Shown here piece by piece: positions 42,542 to 56,420 of a DNA stretch of 64,000 nt (its first letter is position 1; each line of letters starts with the position of its first letter). Source of the stretch: Eledone cirrhosa (taxonomy: Eukaryota); assembly GCA_964016885.1 (NCBI GenBank), contig OZ024746.1, positions 44,950,001 to 45,014,000 of the forward strand, in the 5' to 3' direction. The position numbers and the translations under genes are program-made. The notes beneath the pieces were generated by a model. The model was not told the origin of the DNA and did no database searches. It was given only the letters and a program-made list of their open reading frames with translations.

Positions 42542-43789
42542 CACTTACATTGCGAATTGTCTGTAGAGATGAGATACAGTAATATTTGCAGCAGACGAAC
42601 AAGTATATCGAGTAGGCTTGGTAAGTACATGTAAGTAAATATCACTGCAGCATTGCTATGAGAGGAAAGTGAATAGTATTTCACAGTTTTTCCATCTATA
42701 TTGAGATGATCATATTGATGTAACAATAATTAGAAAATTGATAAAGATAAGAAAAGTCAATCGATGAATCCAAACTTTCAATCCTTATCGATATTCAATA
42801 AATAAGAGATATTCCTGAAATTCTAAACAGAAAATTTAGTAATTACTTTATATTTTACGTTATCATAGAAACAGTTTGTTATTTATATAGTACTCTTGTG
42901 AAAAGTCGTGAATCCCTTAAACCTATATGCCAGCGCCATTCTATATTGCATCAGTTGAAAAAAATAATGAGAAGAAATAAATTTTGAGATAATTATATAT
43001 TTTACAATTTTGATGAAATGCTACAGCATAATTAAGAAACTAATTATTTTGAACGTAATTCCTGGAGTGATAATTTAATATTTATATTGTCTTGCATTCA
43101 ACAATTTCCCAGAAATACACACCACACTTATAATTACTGGAGAATATTCAAGATGGAGGGAGTCAACAGTTCATTATATGAGAGAAAAGAATTCGATTTT
43201 CACAACATACACTTATTGTACCTGAATTCAGTATACGGTAATTGTTTGATACAGAATATTGAATACTGAATTAATTATTATTTGTAGAGTCTGCAGATAG
43301 GCAAAATGAAAGCGTGTTTGGTGCTAAAAAAGAATTATTTTCGTGGTGTAGTTTGGAGTAGGTAGATCAGATATATAATGAAAAAATGTGGACTAAACCC
43401 ATCACTTTCAAAGAAGACGACGTCCTTAATTTATTCTGTTTCATTGTTTTGAGTAAATAGAACATATATTTCGCATTACAGCACACCCATAACGTTGTGA
43501 GTGCTGAATAGCTTATGCAATATGTGACTAGTTAGACAGGACATGTCTACTTAAGGAGAGGAAGCTCTTTGATATATTCGTAGATACAGTTAGATTGTTA
43601 GATTGACTGAAACTACAGACGTCACCGCACAGACATTTGTTTAGCGGAGTGAATGAAACTAGTACACGAATAAAACTATATATATAACAAAGTTATCTCG
43701 AAAATCGAGTTTCAAATGCGTCTGTATTAGAATTCATAGAATAATGGGAAGAAATCAACGCAAGGAAGTTGTTAAAACAGCAAAATGCC

Positions 43790-44042
43790 GTTAATTACAG
43801 GACGGGTAAAATTTACCTCAAAAAAGGAACGATCGACTTTCGTCAAATCGGACCGAGGGAACAATGTTTCCGTTGGTCTTTCCAATTGCTAATGCTATCT
43901 ATCGGTCGCAACTCCAGGTAGAAGGAGCAACGTGAAATAAAGTGTCTTGCTCAAGGACATAACGCATCGCCTGGTCCAGGAATCGAACACACAACCTTAC
44001 GATTGCGAATCCAATTCTCTAACCACTCACCCACACGCCTTC
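43790..44042 (-). mobile_element. Second tRNA-derived SINE family
   Basis: Head AGGCGTGTGGGTGAGTGGTTAGAG, B box GTTCGATTCC, core GTCCTTGAGCAAGACACTTTATTTCACGTTGCTCC. Related copy at 54555-54845. Confidence 0.85.
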
Positions 44043-44794
44043 ACTTTACCTCAAAAGATAGAAATCAGCGGCTAAAAGTGTGTTGGCCTGCAGCAGTCAT
44101 ACGAAGAAGAAGAAATGGAAAGAAATGGACGAGAGAAAATCACACAAACATTTAAATACACTCGTCAGCATTTAGACCACCTGTGGTTTCGACAATTTAA
44201 AGAAATGTATCACGTAAAATAGACGACTAGAGGATTGTAAATAAGGCGAATAAATCAGACAAAGTTGGAATTCCTTTTATTAATATATATATAAATACAA
44301 TATCGGAGAAAGCTTTTTAGCGATACTCCGGCCAAATTCCAACTCACTCAACAAACATTACGAAATAAGTGATTAAATTACCAATTATGCGTTCGGGGTG
44401 CTAACTAAATGTATTGCGTGGAAAATTGGCTGTATTATTTCATATGAGACATATCTAATATATCTCTTCCCAGACGGACGTCTCGTTTCATTATAGGATT
44501 CCTACAATTTGGGTGAAATTATACCAATTTATGTAGGAGCTTGTATACCATCAATAGATATATATTCAAGTGGGCTCCTATAATTCATCAGTGGGTGCCC
44601 CAATATATATATATATACGTACATACACACATATAAATATATATATATATAAATATATATACACACATACAGACACATACATACACATATATACACACAC
44701 ATATATATATATATGTATATATATGTGTGTATATATATGTATATATATATGTCTGTATATATATGTATATGTGTATATATATGTATATATATAT

Positions 44795-45200
44795 TGTTAT
44801 ACTTTATGAGGGTCATGTTGCCAATAAGAAACACACGCACCAGTTGTTTTCACTTCAATTTATTATAAACTAAATTTAGAAATTTAGAAATTTATAAATT
44901 TCCGGTTGGTTGGTTGGTTCCACAACCAGACGATTGTTCATATATTGTCAAAGTTATTTCGTCACATATTCTGTGACCTCTTCAGTGACTGGGTATGCTT
45001 TTCTTTGTTTTTGTGCCTCCCCTTTGTTCTGTCCTACGCCATCTTGTTTTTGTGTGTGTTGTGTGCTTAGTTTGCGCATGTGTTACACCCGGGTGTCTGT
45101 GTGTGTTTATGTGTGTTTATTTATTTGTTTATTTACATGTTACTGGTTGGTTGTTTGTTCTATGTGTGTGTGTTTTCATTTTGTCCTTAATTGTAAGTTG
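44795..45200 (+). mobile_element. Dispersed repeat homologous to 24600-25060
   Basis: See 24600-25060. Confidence 0.6.
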
Positions 45201-45268
45201 TGATGTTGCTGTTCCATTCATATATATGTATATATGTATATTTGTGTGTATATATATATGTATATTTG

Positions 45269-45303
<35 letters not shown>

Positions 45304-45406
45304 GTGTATATATATATGTGTGTATTTGTATGTATATGTGTATATGTATAAATGTGTGTATATGTGTATATATGTGTGTGTGTGTATGTATATATATGTG
45401 TGTGTT

Positions 45407-45474
<68 letters not shown>

Positions 45475-45940
45475 CGTATATGTATTGTGTGTGTGTATGC
45501 GTGTGCATGTGTAGTATTCTTTCTGCCTTTTTTAATATAAATTATAGCTTTAAAGAATTAGCTTTTAATGAACTCCCTTTTCTTTAAATCCATCAACCAA
45601 TGACCTCCACCCATCCCAATCCTCACCCACTCCTACCTATATATATATATATATATATATATAAACATAAATTATCGAGATTCGCATTTCGGCCCACGAA
45701 ATAACGAAAAACAACCTCCGATATGTGAGGCAAGTGCTCAATGGTTCAGATGAACCAGAGTTATAACAAACATTAAACGCCAAACACACTGAGACGATGC
45801 TTAAACAATCATTCGCATAGCCAAAAAAAAACGATCAAGTAATTCGTGTATTGAAAATTTACCCGGACCCCTGGAAGGTTGGTAAAGTCCAGTATTTGGG
45901 TTTCTGCGGCTCCTAAATCAAGTACCGTCCGCTTACATAA

Positions 45941-46063
45941 ATAATTGTTTCTACTTTAGACACAAGGCCAGCAATTTTCCCAGTGCATTACTGGTACTTT
46001 ATTTTATCGATCCCGTAAGGATGAAAGGCAAAGTTAACCTCGGCGGGATTTGAACTCAGATCA
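45941..46063 (-). mobile_element. tRNA SINE, 5'-truncated
   Basis: Family match; flanked by CATAAATAAT repeats. Confidence 0.88.
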
Positions 46064-46262
46064 TAAATAATGCCAGGCTTCTGGTAAGATGATTGATCAA
46101 GGAAGCCACTTTCTCAACAGGTTTTAGTTCAATGTTAATACAAGGACTGACTATTGCTGACTCCACGTGGGGATCGACAAGGGAGGCAGCCCCTATATCA
46201 GGCGAATAAATTCAGTTGTGTATATTTTTGCAAGAATGCAAAAACATCACAAATCGAATAGA

Positions 46263-46292
<30 letters not shown>

Positions 46293-46296
<4 letters not shown>

Positions 46297-47969
46297 TTTC
46301 GACATCCAGAAAAAAGATTTACAACAGCTCTGGCTAGCAGAATTTGGGATTTGAAAGACCAAGGCATCCAATATAAATTAGATTGGTCAATTTTGAACCA
46401 ATCTAAAGAATATGCAAGAGGAACAAGAAAATGCACGCTCTGCATAAATGAAAAAATATTGGATATTGCAAAATCTTAAATCACCAAAGAACTGCCTGAA
46501 CACAAAGACGGAAATTTTCCCCAGTTGCCAACACATGAAATCACACCTGCTTTCCAGCTCATATAAACTTAACACACTTTCAGATACTTATCCTCCATAA
46601 ACTCTTATTCTCTTTATAATTACCCTTTCTGATTTACTTTCATTTTTATCCTTATCATTAATTTCTTTTATTTTTATATATATATTTTTTTATTTTTACT
46701 TCACATCCACCAATACCCCCCCCCCCACACACACACCCTTTATTCTCTGATTCACTTACCTAATATCTTCACTTTCCATTTTTTACTTCCCTATTTCCTT
46801 CCCTAACTGATTACACATGTCAATTGCGTTTTCCACTCCAGATATATTTTTTATTTTTATTTTTATTTTTATTTTTATTTTTATTTTTATTTTTATTTTT
46901 ATTTTTATTTTCTTATTTTTGCGCAGCTAATCTTACAATTTTATAATTTTATATTTGTACTTATCCACAAGTTTTTTACACCCTGTATCAATGTGGCTGA
47001 ACGCCTTAATGTGTGCATACTTTCTATATATGTACATGAGCGACTACGTATGTGCGCGCGCGTGCGTGTATATATATATATATATAAATGTATGCGTATG
47101 TGTATGTGTCTTTATATCCGTGTTTTTACATTTAGGTTTTATGTTTTGTTCCTTTTTTCTTCTCCCCCTTTTTTTACATCCTCATTTTTATGCGTGTGCA
47201 TGCAAACAGGTCAATATGCGTGAGTGTAAGTATGTGTGTGTTGTTTTGTGTGTGTACGTATCGAACGTATGGATGTGTAAGTGTGCGTGTGTATATAAGC
47301 ATGTATATTTTTGCGTTTCTTTTGTGAGATATATGTATGTACCATGTTTGTCTTCTTTTCTTTAATTTTTTCTTTCTGAATTATTGTTCCATTTTTATAA
47401 ATATATCGAGATTGATACTTTCCTTTAATTATTACACTCCCTTACCTCTTTTACTTCCGCATCTAAGTGTACGTGTGTGTAGGTGTGTTTATCCGCGTGC
47501 CTTCATATTCTTATGATGTATCTATTCTCTCTGTAGATTACAGACATACAGATACATTTGCCCTAAATTATATATTTACGCACACTTTTTCACTATACGT
47601 ATACATATGTGCATACACATATATGCACATCTGTGAGCGTATATACATACATATACACAAACCTAACTATATTTCTTGAAAGATTATTATATATTTCATA
47701 TTCTAATTCATTTGTCTATATCTTTTTTGTTTTTTTGTTTTTTTTTTGCTTTTCTTGATGAGACTTTCCAAGTATTTACCCATGTTTTATATTGCCTCGT
47801 CTGACGAACGAATGAAGACGTTTCTTTCGTATTCGCTTCATTCGGGAAACCTCTGGTAATGAGGTAATTATATTGTATTGATTTTTATACATTAAATTTT
47901 GCTCTGATACTTACATAGAGCACTCTTCACTTCTATGACCTTTTCTGTTTTCAATGGAAATTTCAATAC

Positions 47970-47970
<1 letters not shown>
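46293..47970 (+). mobile_element. Penelope-like element 3' part: GIY-YIG fragment, long 3' region and HHR, between TA arrays
   Basis: SFRHPEKRFTTALASRIWDLKDQGIQYKLDWSIL...CTLCINEK...CLNTKTEIFPSCQH (46293-46570). HHR at 47791-47868. Confidence 0.85.
47791..47868 (+). ncRNA. Type I hammerhead ribozyme with intact core
   Basis: ATTGCCTCGT CTGACGA A-CGAATGAAG...CTTCATTCG-G GAAAC C-TCT-G GTA ATGAGGTAAT. 10-bp stem I with two G-U pairs; predicted cleavage after A47858. Confidence 0.85.
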
Positions 47971-48001
<31 letters not shown>

Positions 48002-48005
48002 TTAT

Positions 48006-48455
48006 ATGAAACGCGTAGATTACTTCCCTTGCTTTTATCGAGAATCTAATTGTAATACGTGACGTATTCTATTCTATAGCGATTAGGTCTTCAAAATGTT
48101 TATTATAAACATACAGAATATTTTCGAATATTCTATGTCTATATTCACATATATATCGCTATTTCAGAGCATTTATTCCAATTTCTAATTTCTGCCGGAC
48201 CGGCAACCGCTCTTTCAAACCAGTTCCTGTACACAGCTAAGTATTCTATAAGTCTCTAGCTGTGTCATTCTCGATAAAAGCACTGGATATGTAGTCCTGA
48301 TGATTTCTAACAAGAATGAAACGCGTAGATTACTTCCCTTGCTTTTATCGAGAATCTAATTGTAATACGTGACGTATTCTATTCTATAGCGATTAGGTCT
48401 TCAAAATGTTTATTATAAACATACAGAATATTTTCGAATATTCTATGTCTATATT

Positions 48456-48465
<10 letters not shown>
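48006..48465 (+). mobile_element. Short HHR element with partial tandem (pLTR-like) repeat in (TA)n
   Basis: 48006-48155 is repeated at 48316-48465, giving a 310 bp period. Confidence 0.85.
48291..48333 (+). ncRNA. Minimal type I hammerhead ribozyme, canonical core
   Basis: GTAGTC CTGATGA T-TTCT-AACA-AGAA-T GAAAC GC GTA GATTAC. Extra distal pairing TTCTCGATAAAAGCA/TGCTTTTATCGAGAA. Confidence 0.9.
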
Positions 48466-48491
<26 letters not shown>

Positions 48492-48621
48492 TATGTGTGT
48501 GTGTATGTCTGTAGAAGTGTGTGGGTATGTACGTATGTATGTGTGTATGTTTGTGTGTGTGTATGCTCCTTTAATTTAAATGGTTCTGTTATCCTAATGC
48601 TATCTGCAATTTTGTGTTCTC

Positions 48622-48655
<34 letters not shown>

Positions 48656-49149
48656 TTATATAATTATTCATTTAATGAAATGCCATATTTATGCACATGA
48701 TATGTGATTATATATTTATGTGAAAGGATTATATTATGATAGGTATTCGTTTAAATGCATAAATAGCCTTCGTGTTCTGTTCAGGATTCACATTTTAATC
48801 TGTTTATGGCCGTAGGTATGAATATACTTCTTAGTAAAGAAGCTTATTTTGACGGCGTATTGCGCTACCAAGTATCCACTGCATTACACTTGTTTAGGCA
48901 ATGTGCGTCCGTAGTCAGCTTCACTGACAAAGATATTTCTATATATATTATATTTATGCAAATGGGTATATGTGACGTTCTTATTAAGTGTAAATGCATT
49001 AAAACACATACACACAATCAGATACATACGGTCACCCTAATGCATTTCACATATATATATACACATTCATACATACACACACATATACATGTGTTTGTGT
49101 GAGTGCCTGTATGAATATCTATGTACACACACACATACATATATACATA

Positions 49150-49188
<39 letters not shown>

Positions 49189-49253
49189 CCACCCACACAT
49201 ATATATATATGTGTGTGTGTGTGTGTAAGTATGCACACGTACAGATATATAAG

Positions 49254-49317
<64 letters not shown>

Positions 49318-49435
49318 CACACATGTATATACATATATATTATGTATATATGTGTGTAGGTGTGTCTAATTGCATAATTACATTTATGTATCAGCTGTGC
49401 TAAGGTGAGAAATAAAATTCTAATTTTATGTATAT

Positions 49436-49520
<85 letters not shown>

Positions 49521-49730
49521 CGTGTGTGTGTGTGTGTGTGTACATACATAAAATTAGAATTTTATTTCTCACCTTAGCACAGCTGATACATAAATGTAAT
49601 TATGCAATTAGGCACACCTACACACATATATACATAATATATATATATATACGTGTGTGTATGTATATATATATATATATATGTGTGCGTGTGTGTGTGT
49701 ATATTTATATATCTGTACGTGTGCATACTT

Positions 49731-49764
<34 letters not shown>

Positions 49765-49800
49765 GTGTGGGTGGGTGTATATATATATATATATATATAT
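49150..49800. repeat. Inverted duplication centred on a (TA)n array
   Basis: ...TATCAGCTGTGCTAAGGTGAGAAATAAAATTCTAATTTTATG (TA)n CATAAAATTAGAATTTTATTTCTCACCTTAGCACAGCTGATA..., extending out to TACACCCACCCACAC/GTGTGGGTGGGTGTA. Confidence 0.9.
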
Positions 49801-51320
49801 TCGTCCTCTGTAGTTATTTCCAGACAATTGTATTTCATTTGTTGGTAATATCTGTTTGATAAACGATAGACTTAATCATATTACATCAGTATCTGAGATT
49901 TTAAATAACATTTATATGGGATATCTTTGTTCTATTATATTCTTTATAGTTTTGCAATTATTCGTTGGTCACCGTCATTAATTTTCCTTGCGTATGGTAG
50001 TTACCTATGGGATTGTTTATCAGGTTAAGGATAAATTGATGAGAAATTATCTTTACCTTCTTTACTACGTGACACACCTAGTATTTAACTTCATATTTGA
50101 TGTGTTATTATTTCTATATTAAACTAAATGTAATATATACTTAAGTGATACTTTAACATCAATAACATTTAATTATTAGAGAATTATCACATGTAATTTA
50201 AACTTACTCACACAGTGAAAAGAATTACCACAAAGATTTAATATGTAGCCCAAGTTACATAACCCTATTGGCGAATATTGTGTGGATGTTAGTTAACTTA
50301 TTGTAAAGTATGATGAAACATGCAGACATGTTTTCTGTGTTGTTGATTTCCTCATCAATTCATTGAATACACCAGATCATATATCACTTCAGAGAATAAC
50401 GAAGATTTGATTTTGACATAACATTCCATGACTTAGGAATCAAAATATAAACTGGGACGTTTTGAGATTATTTCGGTATAAACTGAGATTATTTCGGTAT
50501 AAATGCAAATAGTTACTTGAGGGATAACTAATATAATATGTGTAAAAACGTTTTCATTGGTTAAAAGTATTTACATTATTCGAACCTCTGAGTATTTCTA
50601 TATCTACATGAACAAAATGGTAGATTAGGAGATACGTTGTCAACATACGATTTTGAGTCCATGGGACAACATATACTAGGTCTGACGCTGATTACATCAG
50701 GTTACTGCTGGGGTAAACTTAGGCTCCATTTCGCACAGCGACTACGTACCGGCTCCGCTCCTATCGCTTTCCCGTTCGAAAAATATGGCTTTTAGTTCCA
50801 AATTCTTTACTTAATTCGACGCGGATGGAGAAGGAGACCCCTGAGTTAAATTGATTCTTTCAACTCCTCTTTTTCTCTCTGACCAATCTTAGAAGAAAGT
50901 TGCAATACAACCATACTGTATTAGTGTCATTTGATAGAATGCTTATTTTTAAAGATTATTTCCATTACATGGATATATTATTTATAAAGAAGCCATTTGT
51001 TAAATATAATGTAAATATATTCAACGCTCTGGAGATATAATGCAGTACTTACATCAAGTTTAACGGCGTTAGGTGCATGAGGTTTACTTCTTCTCCGGCT
51101 TTCATAGGATACCAGATCAATGTGGAAATTTATTCAGAAAATCTAATACAGATTTCCGTTAGTGAGAACCGAGGTGTGTAGAATTATATGTTACTGCTAA
51201 ACACCAAACAAGATGAGTACGGTCTGTTTTTTATATGCACATATTAATCCAAAATATTATCTACGCATCCAGTCTCTCCAATATTTCTTCGTCGATTAGC
51301 ATTAATATCATGGGTTATTA

Positions 51321-51508
51321 AATAATTGTTTCTACTATTAGCACAAGGCCAGCAATTACCCAGTACATTACTGGTACTTTATTTTATCGACCCCGTGAGG
51401 ATGAAAGGCAAAGTTAACCTCGGCGGGATTTGAACTCAGAATGGCAAGGGCCGAAACTATGCGTCAAAGCATGGCGTCCGACCCTCTACCGATACTGCCT
51501 ATTCACCG
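51321..51508 (-). mobile_element. tRNA SINE
   Basis: Family match; ATTAAATAAT on both flanks. Confidence 0.9.
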
Positions 51509-51893
51509 ATTAAATAATGACGCACACATATACACACACACACACACACATATATATGCATATGTGAGTGTCTGAGTCTGTGTGTGTCTGTCTGTCTGTG
51601 TGTGTATGAAATGAAACAAAATAAACGGAAGCAGTACGGCCAATAATCAAACAGACAACAAGAATATGGAGTTCCTGACACATACCTGCCCCTCTTCACA
51701 TTGAAGTTTCGTCTGATGTTTCACCATGATGCGATGTGCAGTGCTAAATTGTACAGAAAAATAGACGAACATATAACAATAACAGGACGAAAACCATAAA
51801 TGATATATATCAAATTTAGGTAAATGGCAGTATAATTAACATAAACACAGACACACACACATACATGTATATGTTAGTGTGAGTGTATGTATT

Positions 51894-51944
<51 letters not shown>

Positions 51945-52026
51945 ATAATAATAAATTTGAAGACTAAAATCCAAAGAGGGCTCAATAAGGATAGATATAT
52001 ATCACATATATAAGAACCGATACTTA

Positions 52027-52064
<38 letters not shown>

Positions 52065-54428
52065 GACAGTATATATGTACACCCCTCCCCCATATATATA
52101 TATAAATTAAAGTATAGAAATTGTTGTGAGCCAACAGTATTTCATAATATATATATATATATGGGGAGTGTACATATATACTGTCTTTGAAATCAGAATG
52201 ACATGTTTTAGTAAATTTACGAATTGAAATATTGTAGCAAAGAAATTCCTATAAAATGTTTACTATAATCCTAGTTTTTCTTTGTCCTGTAATTTCCCAC
52301 AACTTGTTTTTTAATCTACGAACCGGTGACTCTGATATCACAGTGAACGTATTTTAGCACGTAATAGTATGAAAGGCAATGAGCTGTTAATAATAAGTTA
52401 TTAGTGTATATGTAACAAAGACGGTCGTTATTCTACTGATGTAGTCACTTTAACCGAAAGCTAACAAATACAAATATATTATTACTAAAAGCATCAAGAA
52501 GTCTAGTCTGATCTTTCAAGCACAATGCGTTCAGAAAATCAACATGTATATCAAAGTAGACAGATCAGAAAACAAAATAAAAACCACTACAATCCTGTTA
52601 TTGCCATATAAAATGTCAAAACCTCAGTGTCGCTTGATAAAACGCTCTTTGTAATCAGAATATAAAGATGCACCGTTTCATAGACTAAGCAGAGAAAAGG
52701 CTTTACTGTAACAAACAGTAATATCGGATTTCCCTTATGCAGTCAACCAAGAGAAATATTATTTGCTATTGAGAAATGATTGGCAGTTATATAGGATGTT
52801 CTATATTCGCAGTACGCAATTTATAGGAAATATTGCTTTAGAGGAAACCAAATGTGTGAATATTGGCCAGGGGTACATGAAATCAGAGAGAAGACATAAG
52901 TAAATTAAGGGATAATAAAATGTTTATAAAAACATAGGATGAAATATAATTCGAATAGATTCATAATTGAATGATGATAAACAAATCCAATTCATTTGTT
53001 TATTGCAACAGTTCATTAAATATACACTTTTTAGACTCAAGTCCGGTGTGTATGAAGAAAGGCATAGAACCAATGACGTTGACACTGTCATATTGAAAAT
53101 AGCCAAACTAATTTTCTGTTTGTGTTAGCTTAAAGTATGCTACTTCAATGCATTCTTGTGTTTTACATTGAAATATAGTCCTAGAAATAAACAAACTAGC
53201 CGGTATTGCTTGAAATTTGAGCTGTCCACTTCTCCCATACATAGGGGGTATATATACGCAATGTGTTCGAATATTTTACATCGAAAAAAAACCTGCATTA
53301 AAGCACCTTATTTTAAAGTAACATAAATTCAAAGCTCAAACTTTTCTCAACGCTGCATAAATACGATTCACTCAAGCTAATGTGTATTTTATTGATCCAA
53401 AGCCAAATTAAACATTTGTTGGAAGAAAATGACGGAAATCTTACACTGTGCTGCATTGTGATTTGATCCTTTCTGCCAATATTCAGCGCTAGATTGCAGA
53501 ATAATTAAATAAATATATTATAAGTGTCGTTTTTATTGGTTGCGTGTTCGCTTGCCCAAAGTAATTACAACACACTTAAGTTTTGCAATATATAGACTCA
53601 GCGTGAACAGAGACATATATATATATTAAATATTATAAATAATGTAAATACTAACCTCTAGATTATTCCTGCAACTTTGTAAATGCGAAAAGTTTTAGTG
53701 AGTAATGGATGTAGAAGAAACGAAGAGTGAATGAAGAATGAAAGCAAATGAAACAATTCTGTTAATAAGTCTATAATTAGAAGTGAAGTATTAGATGAGT
53801 AAAATATTAATGAAATATAGTATGAGGGAGAAAATGAAAAGAAAGAGAGAGAATATATCAAATGAAAAACGAAAGAGAGCAACAGAGAGAAAGATGGCAG
53901 AACAAAGATTTAGTGTATGGTGAAATAAGCAGGAACATATAGAGGCAAATGGAAAACATTTAGAAACGTATAATTTCTTTTGTAATGACTAATCTCATAT
54001 TTTATTGTTAAATTGAAAAAACGCATTTGCTATCGCCACAATAACTAAGAGACTAAAACGTAAAAGGTGTGAATCATTGATGAAAATAACATATGTAATT
54101 TCATCTCTAGATGCTGAGATATAATTTAAGTAAATACACCAAGTAATTAAAATGTTTCGGAAATATAAAATTAACAGAGATCGTGTAGTGTTAACTGTAT
54201 GTAAAGTGTAACTCTGACACATTGGCAAGTTTAAATATGTAGGTATATGTATATGTACATTTATGTATATGTTCATGTACATGTATATATAACAAACCGA
54301 ACATTATAATAAATGTTCGGTAAACCCATACGTACATATATATATGTGTGCATGTATGTATATATATATATACATACTACTGTACGTATGTATACATATA
54401 TGTATGTACGTGTACGTACATACTTACA

Positions 54429-54519
<91 letters not shown>

Positions 54520-54554
54520 TTATTTATTTATTTAAACTTGCCACTTTATATATC

Positions 54555-54845
54555 GTTTGGGCTTGAAATTGAGAGGTTGTGAGCTCGATTCTCGGACCAC
54601 GTGATACATTGTATCCTTGAGCAGGAAATCTTATTTCACGTTGCTCCAGTTCACTCAGCTGTAGAAATGAGTTGCAACGTGACTGTTGCCAGGCTGTATC
54701 GGACATTGCCTTTCCCTTGGAAAGTCTCCCACAAACAAACCTTGTTGATTTCCCACAAACAAACCTTGCCCAGGACTTGGGCCTCGGGGGAGGGGGGATT
54801 CTAGATGCAAAACCATGGTCATTAGTGGCTGATGGGGCCGTCATA
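54555..54845 (+). mobile_element. Second tRNA SINE family copy
   Basis: B-box-like GCTCGATTCT and core ATCCTTGAGCAGGAAATCTTATTTCACGTTGCTCCAG. Confidence 0.75.
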
Positions 54846-54850
54846 CACAA

Positions 54851-54920
<70 letters not shown>

Positions 54921-54973
54921 ATGTGTGTGTGTGTCTCCACCTGGTTTCCTACTGCATTTTGTTATATATATAC

Positions 54974-55014
<41 letters not shown>

Positions 55015-55043
55015 GTGGTTACACAACAGTTAGTTCACCATAC

Positions 55044-55081
55044 CGAGAACAATTGTTTCACCTTAGCGGATCCTCAGCTCG
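55044..55081 (-). ncRNA. Minimal hammerhead ribozyme inside fold-back 55011-55127
   Basis: CGAG CTGAGGA T-CC-GCTAA-GG-T GAAAC AATT GTT CTCG. Stem III palindrome AACAATTGTT. Confidence 0.8.
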
Positions 55082-55189
55082 TAATCAGTTTACGGTATGG
55101 TAAACTAACTGTTGTGTAACCACCTCTGCCTAACTCGTCCCATGGACTGAGTGCTCTACCACTACGGATATTACCTTCCAGTTTTCTAC

Positions 55190-55233
<44 letters not shown>

Positions 55234-55249
55234 GTAGAAAACTGGAAGG

Positions 55250-55312
<63 letters not shown>

Positions 55313-55517
55313 GTGAGTTTTATTGTAGCACAATAAAGCAATGCAAATATCGGATAAGTAGCACTCTACAGTTTGTAGGACTGGAGTATAAATAATATAA
55401 GATCAAAAGATAGTTAAAAGAGTTCCAAGTATTTTATTATGCACCTTTCAAAAACAATATGTTGATTTAAAACTTCACTATTCACAAGTGTTTTTTAAGC
55501 TTCATGTCATGTATCGC

Positions 55518-55588
55518 TATTTTATCTGCTGAAAACACAGATATCATCCCATGATGATATTTGTTTTTGAAATGCGCATAATAAAATA
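55518..55588 (+). ncRNA. Hammerhead motif (core CTGCTGA) inside fold-back 55391-55626
   Basis: TATTTTAT CTGCTGA AAACACAGATATCAT...ATGATATTTGTTTTT GAAAT GCGC ATA ATAAAATA. 8-bp stem I and palindromic stem III. Confidence 0.65.
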
Positions 55589-55619
55589 CTTGGAACTCTT
55601 TTAACCATCTTTTGATCTC

Positions 55620-55685
<66 letters not shown>

Positions 55686-55692
<7 letters not shown>

Positions 55693-56146
55693 AACAGACG
55701 AAAATTCAGTGATGCATCTAGACTCAGTTTATTGCGTGTTACAATTGTTTCGCCGGCAGATAGCTCCTGGCATGATCATTGTGTGGATTTGCCTGATTCT
55801 ACGGCTGCAGGTTCTTTGGACATATGCAATGCTTTCGGAGCAAATTTTCTCGGAGAAAATTTGCATGTGTCCGAAGAACCTGCAGCCGTAGAATCAGGCA
55901 GATCCACACAATTATCATGCCTCGAGCTATCTGCCGGCGAAACAATTGTAACACGCAATAAACTGAGTCTAGATGCATCACTGAATTTTCGTCTGTTTAT
56001 ATTATTTACACTCTGCTCTGTAAGAACATTGAGTGCTCAACAGGCATACCGCCTATGGAAGCACCATAGCTACCATTAAACACACGTTTAAAATTAAATC
56101 AAAAACTGTTTAACACTACAAAGGAAGTCGTTCTTTTCCTTTTTTT

Positions 56147-56150
<4 letters not shown>
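55686..56150 (+). mobile_element. HHR-bearing PLE-like end with 5' fold-back (palindrome 55686-56005); HHR at 55861-55958
   Basis: TTGCATGTGT CCGAAGA ACC...GGC GAAAC AATT GTA ACACGCAA. Mirror ORFs in the track (55709+ and 55799-). Confidence 0.75.
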
Positions 56151-56222
<72 letters not shown>

Positions 56223-56380
56223 AAAAAAAGGAAAAGAACGACTTCCTTTGTAGTGTTAAACAGTTTTTGATTTAATTTTATATTATTATATTAAATCAAA
56301 CATTTTTTAACTCTACAAGGGAAGTCATTCTTTTCCTTTTTTTCAAATATACCTAACTGTACCAAGGATCTCACACATTT

Positions 56381-56420
<40 letters not shown>

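Noticed and set aside
42289-42726. 145-aa ORF
   Set aside because: Runs through a non-coding Tigger-like terminus; no transposase motifs.
51051-51197. Minus-strand AG...GTAAGT bounded segment as an exon
   Set aside because: Stops in all three frames.
55612-56079. 155-aa ORF with internal symmetry
   Set aside because: Product of a TA array plus the palindrome, not a protein-coding gene.
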